From IMG/VR virus record IMGVR_UViG_3300033141_004135: a DNA stretch of 64,000 nucleotides; one strand, given 5' to 3'. Within the stretch, counting starts at the first letter, position 1; every line of letters begins with the position of its first letter. Positions 8,338 through 17,169 of the stretch are shown here, in pieces. The stretch comes from an uncultured virus (IMG/VR IMGVR_UViG_3300033141_004135) (taxonomy: Duplodnaviria > Heunggongvirae > Uroviricota > Caudoviricetes). Below the pieces are notes generated by a model. The model did no database searches. It saw nothing but the letters and a program-made list of their open reading frames with translations, and was not told the origin of the DNA. The position numbers and the translations under genes were made by a program.

Positions 8338-8685
8338 TTGGAAGGCTTAAAAAAAGAATTAAAAAACGACATTTGGAAAATAATAGATGGAACCGAACCA
8401 ATAAAAAAAGAAGCAAATAAATTCTTAGTATTGGTAATACAGTTCTTATTGGAAACTAAAGGATTCAGAATGGAAGAAGTAGTTAAAATAGCGGTTGAAA
8501 TGGAAAAAAGATACAACGAGATAATAAGCGGTTTTTCTGATTACATGCGGGATTCTAACGGCGACTTGCTGAAAATGCTCAGAAAAATAAACGAAGATTA
8601 CGATTCTAAAATAAAACCTTTATTCGAAAAAATAGAATTAATAAGAAATAGAGACAAAAAACACGTTGAAAACGCAAATGAGTGA
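8338..8685 (+). CDS. Hypothetical helical protein
   Basis: ORF within the operon. Confidence 0.65.
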   Translation: MEGLKKELKNDIWKIIDGTEPIKKEANKFLVLVIQFLLETKGFRMEEVVKIAVEMEKRYNEIISGFSDYMRDSNGDLLKMLRKINEDYDSKIKPLFEKIELIRNRDKKHVENANE

Positions 8686-8691
8686 TAAAAC

Positions 8692-8793
8692 ATGGAAATA
8701 ATGTCCAAAAAATACGAGTTTGTAGTAATAATTAAGAATAAAACCAGATTCGTCGGTAAATTGATTAATAAGAGAAAAATGGTGGTCGAATGA
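8692..8793 (+). CDS. Small protein (33 aa, MEIMSKKYEFVVIIKNK...), not in the ORF track
   Basis: GAGTGA RBS; fills the gap; ATGA overlap with the next gene. Confidence 0.5.
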   Translation: MEIMSKKYEFVVIIKNKTRFVGKLINKRKMVVE

Positions 8794-9149
8794 GCTATAA
8801 AATAAAAATGTATAAAGGAGATAACGAGGACATTGAAATAACCTTAGTAGATGAAAACGGAGACCCGATAGATTTGACCGGATCTTCAATCACATTTACA
8901 GTTAAAGAAAATGTCGCAGATGAGGTACCGGTAATTCAAAGAAAAAACGAGGCTGCGGGAGGTGATGATTCACAAATAGAAATGACAGATCCCGCTAATG
9001 GGGTCTTTGAAATTCACATGATACCGGAAAACACCAGTTCTCTTACTGCAAAGGGTTATGCGTACGATATTCAAGTGATCTTATCATCCGGTAAAGTAAA
9101 AACGGTAATAAAAGATCGAATTTATCTGGAGGAAGATGTGACTAAATAA
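8790..9149 (+). CDS. BppU-N-like Ig-fold virion protein
   Basis: KGDN...ITLVDENGDPIDLTG...NGVFEI...YAYDIQV pattern resembles phage BppU N-terminal domains. Confidence 0.6.
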   Translation: MSYKIKMYKGDNEDIEITLVDENGDPIDLTGSSITFTVKENVADEVPVIQRKNEAAGGDDSQIEMTDPANGVFEIHMIPENTSSLTAKGYAYDIQVILSSGKVKTVIKDRIYLEEDVTK

Positions 9150-9667
9150 TGGAGATCAAGATAACCTTAGGGCAAGCAAGTAAATTATTAAAATCGATAG
9201 AATGGGGAGGAGTCACCTTTAGAGCTTTGAAAAAATGTGAAAAAATACTAGCTCAACACTACATAAATCAGTTTAAGAAACCGCATTCTGATACGTATAA
9301 GATAGAGAACATGAGAGAACTAGAAAGGCTTATTAGGGGTGGTACAAAACACGAGCCGCTTGAACCAGAACCAGGAGCCCCCTACAGCGAGAAATATCTA
9401 TCTTTAAAAGAAAGATACGGGGAAGAATACCCCCACAAGTTCATGGAATACGGATTTTGGGGTAATTGGGATATATACACCTCCAGCAAGAGCTTGAGGC
9501 TAAAAGTCGAGAAATTTTATAAAAGAGGATTTGATTACATGGAGCACCACGAGCAAAGAAGATCCGTTCTAAAAGCAGCATTCGTGGATGCTTGGCAAGA
9601 CATGATAAAAATGATAATTTTACAGATAGCATACGAGGCGATGAGATATAGGGATCCAAAAGTATAG
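9149..9667 (+). CDS. Hypothetical protein, possibly head/neck morphogenesis
   Basis: Position in the head module only. Confidence 0.6.
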   Translation: MEIKITLGQASKLLKSIEWGGVTFRALKKCEKILAQHYINQFKKPHSDTYKIENMRELERLIRGGTKHEPLEPEPGAPYSEKYLSLKERYGEEYPHKFMEYGFWGNWDIYTSSKSLRLKVEKFYKRGFDYMEHHEQRRSVLKAAFVDAWQDMIKMIILQIAYEAMRYRDPKV

Positions 9668-9692
9668 ATTCGGTAAAATACCGAAAATAGGA

Positions 9693-10046
9693 ATGAAAAT
9701 ACCTACGGATAAGGATAGAAAAAGACAGATAAGAAAACTAGGAGGAGTCGACGATTCTTACCTTGATAAGAAGGGATGGAAATCACTAGGGAACACTTGG
9801 AGATGTTATTGGTGTAAGGAGTTTCTAAAGCCGAAGATGTTCAACCACAGAGATGGATCAATATTAATGGGCTGCGATACTCCCGACTGCATCGGAAATC
9901 CAGATACTAGTGAAACATTAAGAAAAAAGAAGTTAAGAGCTTGCGGAGCTAGATTCGTCGATAAAAAACTCGTGATGGATTTTAAGGATCTTCTATACGG
10001 TAGAGATCCGGGAAGAATGTGGGCCGTGCATGACAGAATATGGTAA
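9693..10046 (+). CDS. Zn-ribbon protein
   Basis: CYWC...CDTPDC. Confidence 0.65.
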   Translation: MKIPTDKDRKRQIRKLGGVDDSYLDKKGWKSLGNTWRCYWCKEFLKPKMFNHRDGSILMGCDTPDCIGNPDTSETLRKKKLRACGARFVDKKLVMDFKDLLYGRDPGRMWAVHDRIW

Positions 10047-10098
10047 TCGATGTAATGGAAATATTTAAATTATTTGCTTAATATTAACATCCTTAAAT

Positions 10099-11106
10099 AT
10101 GATAGAAGAAAAAATATTAACTAACGATTACGAACTAGAAAGCATAAATGAAAAAGAAGATAAGTTTTATTTCACGGCGATTTCATTAAATAAGGATTTT
10201 GAGTGTGAGGATTTACTAAAGGCGTTAGCAAAGAAATCCATAGGTAAACCGTACATATGGAGACACCAGCATCCAATACAAGATGGTAATGAAGAAACTC
10301 ACATATTTGGAGAAGTAATAAACTCAAAATTAAGCGAAGATGGAAAAATTATAAGCACTTATGAAGTTTATGGTCATACTAAAGAACATAAAGCTTTAAG
10401 AGATTTAATTAGAGAAAGACACAAGATTGGAGAACCGTTAGGTATTTCTATGAGATATAGAAAATACCTATACGGAGATAAAACAATTCATGTGGATGTA
10501 TTTGAGCATTCTGGAACACCGTATCCTAAATGCGAAAAATGTTCAACAATACAATTTATGGGTGAAAAAAATATGGAGGATAACAAAAAAGAAGATAAAC
10601 CCAAAGATGAATTAAACTCTAAAAATAACGATGAAGCCTTAGAAGAGAGCTTGAAAAAAATAAAAGAAATCGAAGAGCAGCTCAACACTAAGACAAGATT
10701 ATTAGAAGAGTTTAAAACCAAGATCGAAACATTAGAAAAAGAAAAACAGGAAGCGATCGATAGTTTAAACGAAACTAAAAAATCCGAAAAAACATTAGAA
10801 GAAAAAATAAAAGATTTAAGAAACGAAGTTGATTATCTCAGAAAAAAACCGCTGTTAGACGAAATAATGGAAACGGTAGAACTTGACGATAGGGAACTCG
10901 AGTTTTATAAATCTCAGGATGTGGAATATTTGAAAAAGAAAGTAGACGAATTAAAAGAGAAATACGGCTCTTATATTGCGATAAAAACGCAAGAAGAATC
11001 GGCTGAAGAGGCTAGGAGAAAGGCAGAAGAAGAACTTTCTAAGAAGGAACCAACGATGGAAGAATTTACTAAAAATATAAGATATAAGTTTAAGAATAAC
11101 AAATAG
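10099..11106 (+). CDS. Prohead protease-scaffold fusion with internal scaffold start at 10573
   Basis: Protease-like WRH...GISMRY (His/Ser) N-terminal half; E/K coiled-coil C-terminal half; GGTGA RBS at 10561 before in-frame ATG 10573. Confidence 0.75.
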   Translation: MIEEKILTNDYELESINEKEDKFYFTAISLNKDFECEDLLKALAKKSIGKPYIWRHQHPIQDGNEETHIFGEVINSKLSEDGKIISTYEVYGHTKEHKALRDLIRERHKIGEPLGISMRYRKYLYGDKTIHVDVFEHSGTPYPKCEKCSTIQFMGEKNMEDNKKEDKPKDELNSKNNDEALEESLKKIKEIEEQLNTKTRLLEEFKTKIETLEKEKQEAIDSLNETKKSEKTLEEKIKDLRNEVDYLRKKPLLDEIMETVELDDRELEFYKSQDVEYLKKKVDELKEKYGSYIAIKTQEESAEEARRKAEEELSKKEPTMEEFTKNIRYKFKNNK

Positions 11107-11121
11107 ATGGTGATTTTATAA

Positions 11122-11646
11122 ATGTCAGATCCGTTTGCTGATTATACGAGTTATAGTGGAAGATCGGGATTATATTGGGATAAGAGCAAGTGCGTCACCA
11201 CCACGAGAGGCGAATACTTATTAGATGAAAGTTATGATTGCTTTTTCGGTGAGCCAGCTGTTAGAGTCGGAACCGGAACTTCCGAAACTCCGATAATGAA
11301 AAGAACCGTTCGTTCTTATAAAGGGACGGCTGGAGCCAGTGGAGTCTTAGGTGTTTTTATAGATTATAAGAGAGATATTTCCAATTATACGGCTGGAGAT
11401 TTTGCCTTGTATGGAGGTCACCACAACAATAGAGATGTATTAATCGTTTTGAGAGGACCTGTTAAAGTCAAAAACGTAGGAAGTACATATATTTATGCTA
11501 CTCAAACCGTGATCCCGGCGGACGGCGGTTGTGAAAAAATGACAGATAAGACGCAAAAGAGCTTAGGTAAAGCATTACAAGATATTCCAGCTGGAGAATA
11601 CGGATTGGTTTTTGTCGATCCAGAATATGAAAAAGAAAATTTTTAA
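11122..11646 (+). CDS. Putative capsid decoration/cement protein
   Basis: Beta/Gly-rich 174 aa between scaffold and MCP; GGTGA RBS. Confidence 0.6.
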   Translation: MSDPFADYTSYSGRSGLYWDKSKCVTTTRGEYLLDESYDCFFGEPAVRVGTGTSETPIMKRTVRSYKGTAGASGVLGVFIDYKRDISNYTAGDFALYGGHHNNRDVLIVLRGPVKVKNVGSTYIYATQTVIPADGGCEKMTDKTQKSLGKALQDIPAGEYGLVFVDPEYEKENF

Positions 11647-11659
11647 GGTGATTTAAAAA

Positions 11660-12781
11660 ATGTCTGGTAATTTAGGAGATTATATGTTAGTTCCAGATTA
11701 TCTCCGAAGGAGATATTTGGAATTGGTAGATTTGTATGATAAAGAATGGGAACCATACTTTTCTAAATTAATGCCAAAAGTAATCGGTGAAGGAAAGGGC
11801 TCATTAAAATATTGGACGGTTGGTAGAATGGCTGATCCACAAGCGATGGCTAAGTTTTACGCACCCGACGAAGCTATTGAACCAATGAACTTTCCGAGCA
11901 TTCGACCCTGGTCTTTTCAAACTAGGCTAACTGGAAATGCGTTCTTTAGAAGAAGAAACATGTTTGCAGAAGATTTTGAAGATGGTGTGATAGATAAAGC
12001 ACATGCGGAAATGTTAGAAGCTCTAACAAAAATGATCGATAGAACTGTTGAATATACTCTTTGTCAGTTTGCTTTTGGAAATACGACCGTAATGGGTCGT
12101 TTTACAAATCAAGACACTAATAGACAAGGTGTGGTTGAGCTCGCACAAGGAAAATTCAACTCTGCGGCTGCTTCTGAATTAGGTGGTGTTGCTTGGTCCG
12201 ATTTTAGTAGCGGTACACCTCCTGTGTTTAAAGATTTTGCCTACTTAAAGGAGAGATATAAATATTTAGCTAATTCTAATCCGGTATACATGTCGATTGG
12301 TAGAAAAACCGAATATAGTCTTGAAATAAACGATAACTTGTTAAATAGATTAATCAGATTAAAAGATACCACCAACGGTGTGTTAGGAGACTATCTCATG
12401 GGATTGAAGCTGTTAAAAATCACCGCACAAACCTACAAGGAAATTCCTAACACTGATGAGTTGATGGAAGGAATGCCTGGAAAAGGCGACTACCTCGAAT
12501 TAGACTGGAGCAGGATCAATAGAAAAGACATGATGACCCATGATGTCGGCGGGAAAACGTATGAATGGAGTGTGATAGGAGACGACAACGTCGGAGAGAT
12601 CAAGTGTTCATACATTGATGAATATCATAAGGATGAAAGAGGTTCACCGACCCAGATATTCATCGAACAATGGGAGGAAAGAAACCCAAGATCTGTTTGG
12701 ACGACTGCTCAGTTAGAGTTCTGTCCACATGTTAAAGACTACGCAAAAATAATGTTAATAAAAGAAGTAGCTGAGCAGTAA
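11660..12781 (+). CDS. Major capsid protein (HK97 fold inferred)
   Basis: 373 aa, canonical position, strong GGTGA RBS, 'W.D.S...P..D' and 'IDRTVEY' segments reminiscent of gpE-like MCPs. Confidence 0.8.
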   Translation: MSGNLGDYMLVPDYLRRRYLELVDLYDKEWEPYFSKLMPKVIGEGKGSLKYWTVGRMADPQAMAKFYAPDEAIEPMNFPSIRPWSFQTRLTGNAFFRRRNMFAEDFEDGVIDKAHAEMLEALTKMIDRTVEYTLCQFAFGNTTVMGRFTNQDTNRQGVVELAQGKFNSAAASELGGVAWSDFSSGTPPVFKDFAYLKERYKYLANSNPVYMSIGRKTEYSLEINDNLLNRLIRLKDTTNGVLGDYLMGLKLLKITAQTYKEIPNTDELMEGMPGKGDYLELDWSRINRKDMMTHDVGGKTYEWSVIGDDNVGEIKCSYIDEYHKDERGSPTQIFIEQWEERNPRSVWTTAQLEFCPHVKDYAKIMLIKEVAEQ

Positions 12782-13360
12782 ATGGCATACAAATACATGA
12801 CGAAGTCAGATGTAATATCTTGGGTTAAATTACAAAGGGTAGATCTAACCGAAGATGACATACCCGATGAAACAATGGAATTAGCCGAAACGAAAGTAGA
12901 TGCAGAACTAATGATAAAAGGATTCTTAGATCCTTCTACAGGTCTGCCTACAGAAAAAGACGAAAACAATTTTCTTAAGATGGCGGCGATGTGTTTTTGT
13001 CTGGCTTTGTTATGTAAAAATGGGTTGATAACTCAAACATCTGGAGAAATATTATCCAATAGGTTCGGAAATGTAGCATATCAGTATCAAAGAACAAATC
13101 CGCTTTTTTTCTTTGCTACTGGCTCATCAGATCCTTTCATGGAATTAATGCCCTATGAAACTCTAAGAATGTACGCCTATTCTTTTATTAGAGCGTACGG
13201 GAAATATTGGTTTTTCAATAAATACGGGCATAAAAGACCAAAACCAAAATTAGTGATGGATAAAACTTCTAGAGGAGCGTTCTGGAACATCCATTATTCA
13301 GAACACGATTTAGATGATGCGGAATATGGAGAATTACTACCAGAGGAAAACTATTATTAA
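12782..13360 (+). CDS. Putative head-tail adaptor
   Basis: Follows MCP; 'YMTKSDV...AETKVD...S.RFGNVAYQY' adaptor-like pattern. Confidence 0.65.
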   Translation: MAYKYMTKSDVISWVKLQRVDLTEDDIPDETMELAETKVDAELMIKGFLDPSTGLPTEKDENNFLKMAAMCFCLALLCKNGLITQTSGEILSNRFGNVAYQYQRTNPLFFFATGSSDPFMELMPYETLRMYAYSFIRAYGKYWFFNKYGHKRPKPKLVMDKTSRGAFWNIHYSEHDLDDAEYGELLPEENYY

Positions 13361-13741
13361 ATGAGCCTACCTCAATTCAACGCTAGACATTCAATCGAAA
13401 TGACCTTCTACAACGAAGGAGAATCCACCAGAGATGATGGCGGGTTAGTACTAAGAGACAAGGGAGAAGAAGTCAATATTAGAGTTCTTTACATCCACAC
13501 TGAAAACACCAGAGAAATAAGAAAAGAAAACGGCCAAAGATACAGAATCGACGGGTTTACTTTCCAAGTATCTAAAAGAGATTTAGATTCTAATTCGTTT
13601 AGTATTGAAGCCGGGAAAACATTCGTGATAAAAGACGGGTACGTTTATAAAGTTTTATCTGTACAAGATTACAGCATGTTCCCGTTAACAAGAAGCTATG
13701 AATGTAAAGCAATAAGGATGGTGAAGATAAATGCTGACTGA
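13361..13741 (+). CDS. Putative head-closure (stopper) protein
   Basis: Beta-rich 126 aa with 'DGYVYKVLSV'; synteny. Confidence 0.6.
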   Translation: MSLPQFNARHSIEMTFYNEGESTRDDGGLVLRDKGEEVNIRVLYIHTENTREIRKENGQRYRIDGFTFQVSKRDLDSNSFSIEAGKTFVIKDGYVYKVLSVQDYSMFPLTRSYECKAIRMVKINAD

Positions 13742-14357
13742 GGAACAAAGAGCTTATCTAATAGATGATCTGTACAAGAATCTAAACTTCTCATATAAAT
13801 CATTTTCCCCGAGAGTAAATGTCTATAGGTACGGGGAAAGCTTCGACGAATCCTTGCCGTACATATTAGTTGAGTTCTTACCGACCAGTAGAAACAAGTT
13901 TAGGTCAATATCAGACGTCATAGGGTACGCCACTGAGAAGGGGTATTATTATGAATACGGCTTCTGTCAAATAGAGGAGGTCACTTTTTATTGCTATTCC
14001 GGAGAGTTTCACAATAGAAATAGGTTAAACGGTAGGTTGTTCACATATTCTTTGGCTGAAACGGTTCTTAGGTACATTCAAAGGAATTGGGAATATATAT
14101 TGGCTGGAATGAACGCTTCGTTAGATAGGAATGAAACTTATTACGGAATAAGAGATTCAACGTATTATAATGATATAACCAGCACAAAAATATACTGCTA
14201 CTCAATAGAAGTTTTTTTAAGAACGCAAATGAGATGGAATAAAGTTCCGGTTGGTTATGAAGGAGATGATGATAAGATAGTAAAAACTATTGGATCATAT
14301 TCGAAACAATCTGATGAAGATGAATATTCGTTAATAAAAAGGATAAGTATAGAATAA
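13731..14357 (+). CDS. Putative tail terminator/neck protein
   Basis: 'LPYILV' motif; immediately before the sheath gene. Confidence 0.55.
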   Translation: MLTEEQRAYLIDDLYKNLNFSYKSFSPRVNVYRYGESFDESLPYILVEFLPTSRNKFRSISDVIGYATEKGYYYEYGFCQIEEVTFYCYSGEFHNRNRLNGRLFTYSLAETVLRYIQRNWEYILAGMNASLDRNETYYGIRDSTYYNDITSTKIYCYSIEVFLRTQMRWNKVPVGYEGDDDKIVKTIGSYSKQSDEDEYSLIKRISIE

Positions 14358-14430
14358 CGTAAGAATATATTACAATTATTGAAGAATAAACAAAAAATAT
14401 TTTAAATAAAAAATAAAGGTTGATTAAATA

Positions 14431-15864
14431 ATGGGAGATTATATAACAATTTACTATGGTAGCTCAACAGCAGCACCGAAAGCTCCAGAATGGGACAACG
14501 CTATGATAGTAGCCGATGGCTCTCCAGCTCTATCAGAATCTAAGGTTTATGTACTGACTCCCGACGATTATCAAACACAATTAACTGATGACGGGTTTAC
14601 GACCGATGACATGATCTATAAATCCTGTGTGGAATATTTTGCTGCTAGCCCAACTCCTCAAAAATTACATGTTTACGCTCACGTTTCTGGTCAGACCACT
14701 ACCTATGAAGATGTTCCGTTAGAATATGTCTCTGGATATATCTGGGAAACTCCAATAAAACCCGTTTCCGGATTCAAAGATGACTTGGAAGTTGTAAAGT
14801 TTTACGGTTGTGGAGAAAATGTTTCTGATTCTGGCATCTTGAATACATCGGATGGGAGCTCTGGAATAGGGTTTACAGTAGATAAAGATGGTGCGGGAAA
14901 CTGGACTGGTAGATTAGAGTTTACAAACGGGTTAAGCGGTGTTAATGGTGTGGTCAATCCTTTAACCAGTACTTGTAAGGTGACTGCTTCTTTTACTGCT
15001 GGAACTGAATCTGGACTTGGAGACGCTATAGATCAGTACAACATTAATCTAATTTGCTTATCATTAGAAAATAATTCAACGATCGAGCAATACACAGATA
15101 ATGTTTTTGGAAGCCAATTAGATGACTTAATGACGATGGTAAACACAATAGCTGGTAAAAACTGCCAATTCATTTATGCTTTGCCCGGAGGAGCAGATCC
15201 TGAAACTACGATATCCGGTACATCAAATAAATGGAAAGATCTTAAATCTTTAATAGGTGCGAGAAAAGATGTTTCTGCGATAAAAGTGATACCTTCGACG
15301 CTAACGAACGATCCAGCGGCTGGGTATATGGCGATGATAGTAGTAAGCCATCCCCATAAGCAAATGACGTTTGCAGAACCGCATTTTGGGGTTGGGAAAG
15401 CAGAACCTAAAATTAACATGGCTAAATGGAAAGATGGACAAATAGCTTGTTTGATGAAGCAAACTAGGTTGTCTGGTAATCCTTATTTGGTTACATATGG
15501 TTTCACTTTCGGCTCTGGAGATGAAAGTAGAATTGATGGTGTTAGATGCAGATACATAATGGCTCAATCGTTGATAAATAATTTATGGGGTTTATTAGCT
15601 AAAAGAGATACGCTGATGAGTTACGATGGAATGCAGAAGATAAAAAAATGCATAGAAGGTACTTTTAATACTCTAATAAACCAAAAAATAGTTGATAAGC
15701 TAATAGATATTAACATACCTTTAGAAGAAGATTTGAAGAACAATACAGCGGCTGCTAAATTAGCTAGAGCACAAATGACGGTTCCGAGCATTGAGATAAC
15801 GTATGAATGGTATCCAAGCGTAGAGAAAATAATAATTACAAGTGTAGATAATGTAGCAACCTAG
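14431..15864 (+). CDS. Contractile tail sheath protein
   Basis: 477 aa; 'YFAASPTPQKL' N-terminal and 'IDGVR...SYDGMQKI...R..P.I.I.Y...VEKI.I' C-terminal patterns of DUF3383-type sheaths. Confidence 0.8.
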   Translation: MGDYITIYYGSSTAAPKAPEWDNAMIVADGSPALSESKVYVLTPDDYQTQLTDDGFTTDDMIYKSCVEYFAASPTPQKLHVYAHVSGQTTTYEDVPLEYVSGYIWETPIKPVSGFKDDLEVVKFYGCGENVSDSGILNTSDGSSGIGFTVDKDGAGNWTGRLEFTNGLSGVNGVVNPLTSTCKVTASFTAGTESGLGDAIDQYNINLICLSLENNSTIEQYTDNVFGSQLDDLMTMVNTIAGKNCQFIYALPGGADPETTISGTSNKWKDLKSLIGARKDVSAIKVIPSTLTNDPAAGYMAMIVVSHPHKQMTFAEPHFGVGKAEPKINMAKWKDGQIACLMKQTRLSGNPYLVTYGFTFGSGDESRIDGVRCRYIMAQSLINNLWGLLAKRDTLMSYDGMQKIKKCIEGTFNTLINQKIVDKLIDINIPLEEDLKNNTAAAKLARAQMTVPSIEITYEWYPSVEKIIITSVDNVAT

Positions 15865-15879
15865 AGGTGAAAATAAAAA

Positions 15880-16449
15880 ATGGCAATATCGGGAGAATTT
15901 TTAAGATGGGAAGTTAAACCAATATGGAAAATATCATATCCATCTTCTCTACTAGGAGATGTATCAGGAACAGTCACTATTTTCGGTGTGGATAGAGGAA
16001 GCCTTGATGTCTCGAGAAATTGGGAAAAAATAAATTCTGTAGAGGAGTTTAACCAAGGATTTGTGGCTAAACCCACAGATTTTACGATAACAATCGCTGT
16101 AAAAGAAAGAGGAGAAGGATTTGAGACTCTTAGAAGATTATCTTCAGCTGGAACACTATTCGACATAGAATGTGATTTATTAAGAGAAACGGATAACACT
16201 ACGATCGTCGGTGATAGATCAGAAGAAGATGGTATTCAGGGATCAAATTATGAACCTTGGTTGAAAGGATTTGAATCTTATCTAGGGTGTGTTGTTAATA
16301 GAGAAGGTTCTACTGTAGAGATCGCCACGTTTCCAATAAGAGAGTTTGAATGTATATTTCTTAGGAGAACCATTAGAAAGTATGACAGCTTATTGAAGAT
16401 AACGGAAGGTGCTGGAACAACAACTAACTTCTCTGAAATTGGTCTGTAA
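15880..16449 (+). CDS. Tail tube protein
   Basis: Beta-rich 189 aa right after the sheath; GAGGTGA RBS. Confidence 0.65.
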   Translation: MAISGEFLRWEVKPIWKISYPSSLLGDVSGTVTIFGVDRGSLDVSRNWEKINSVEEFNQGFVAKPTDFTITIAVKERGEGFETLRRLSSAGTLFDIECDLLRETDNTTIVGDRSEEDGIQGSNYEPWLKGFESYLGCVVNREGSTVEIATFPIREFECIFLRRTIRKYDSLLKITEGAGTTTNFSEIGL

Positions 16450-16479
16450 TAGCAAATATCATGATCTTAGTGATTAAAG

Positions 16480-17169
16480 ATGCAGTTTGACGAAAGAGAT
16501 GAGATAATAAAACACATAAAACTAGGAACCAACGAAGTATTTTTTTATCCTTACAATGATGGTAAGGATCCACTACCATTGCGTCCCATTTCATCTTATG
16601 AAATGGACCAATCTTTTTATAAAATATTAGAGAAAACCGATCCGAAAATTGGAGAGCTGTTAATAAAGATAAAACTCAAATTAATAGATAAAGATAGAGA
16701 AATAAACATTTTAAGCGAAGATTACCTTAAATTACAAAAAGCCCTAGATGAGTTCGATTATTGGATCGTTTATCATGCGATGAAAGATTTCCAAGGAATC
16801 GAATTCGAAAAACCAGACTTTGAAGATGGCTTGCCGATTGGCTTCAAAGAAATAAGAAAAATGAGCGATGTCCATGAAATAGCCAACACAATATTAGATT
16901 CATCATATAGAAAAAATGAAGTGATAAAAGAAGTTTTTAAAGATGACTTAGGGAGAGAAGTCGCTTATCTAGTTTTTTACCTCAACGTCCCGTTATCAGA
17001 TATAGGAAAAATGACAAAACTCCAAAGAGAATACTTGTTATATGCTAAAGCTCATTTGAAAAAGATAGTAGCTGGAGAAAAAAAGAAAGCTGGTTACATG
17101 GTGTCTGGAGAAAAAATGACCCTTAAAGAATTCTTAGATAGAATGGGAATTAGCTATGGTAACGGTTGA
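16480..17169 (+). CDS. Putative tail assembly chaperone
   Basis: Synteny between tube and TMP; 'LRPIS' motif. Confidence 0.5.
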   Translation: MQFDERDEIIKHIKLGTNEVFFYPYNDGKDPLPLRPISSYEMDQSFYKILEKTDPKIGELLIKIKLKLIDKDREINILSEDYLKLQKALDEFDYWIVYHAMKDFQGIEFEKPDFEDGLPIGFKEIRKMSDVHEIANTILDSSYRKNEVIKEVFKDDLGREVAYLVFYLNVPLSDIGKMTKLQREYLLYAKAHLKKIVAGEKKKAGYMVSGEKMTLKEFLDRMGISYGNG

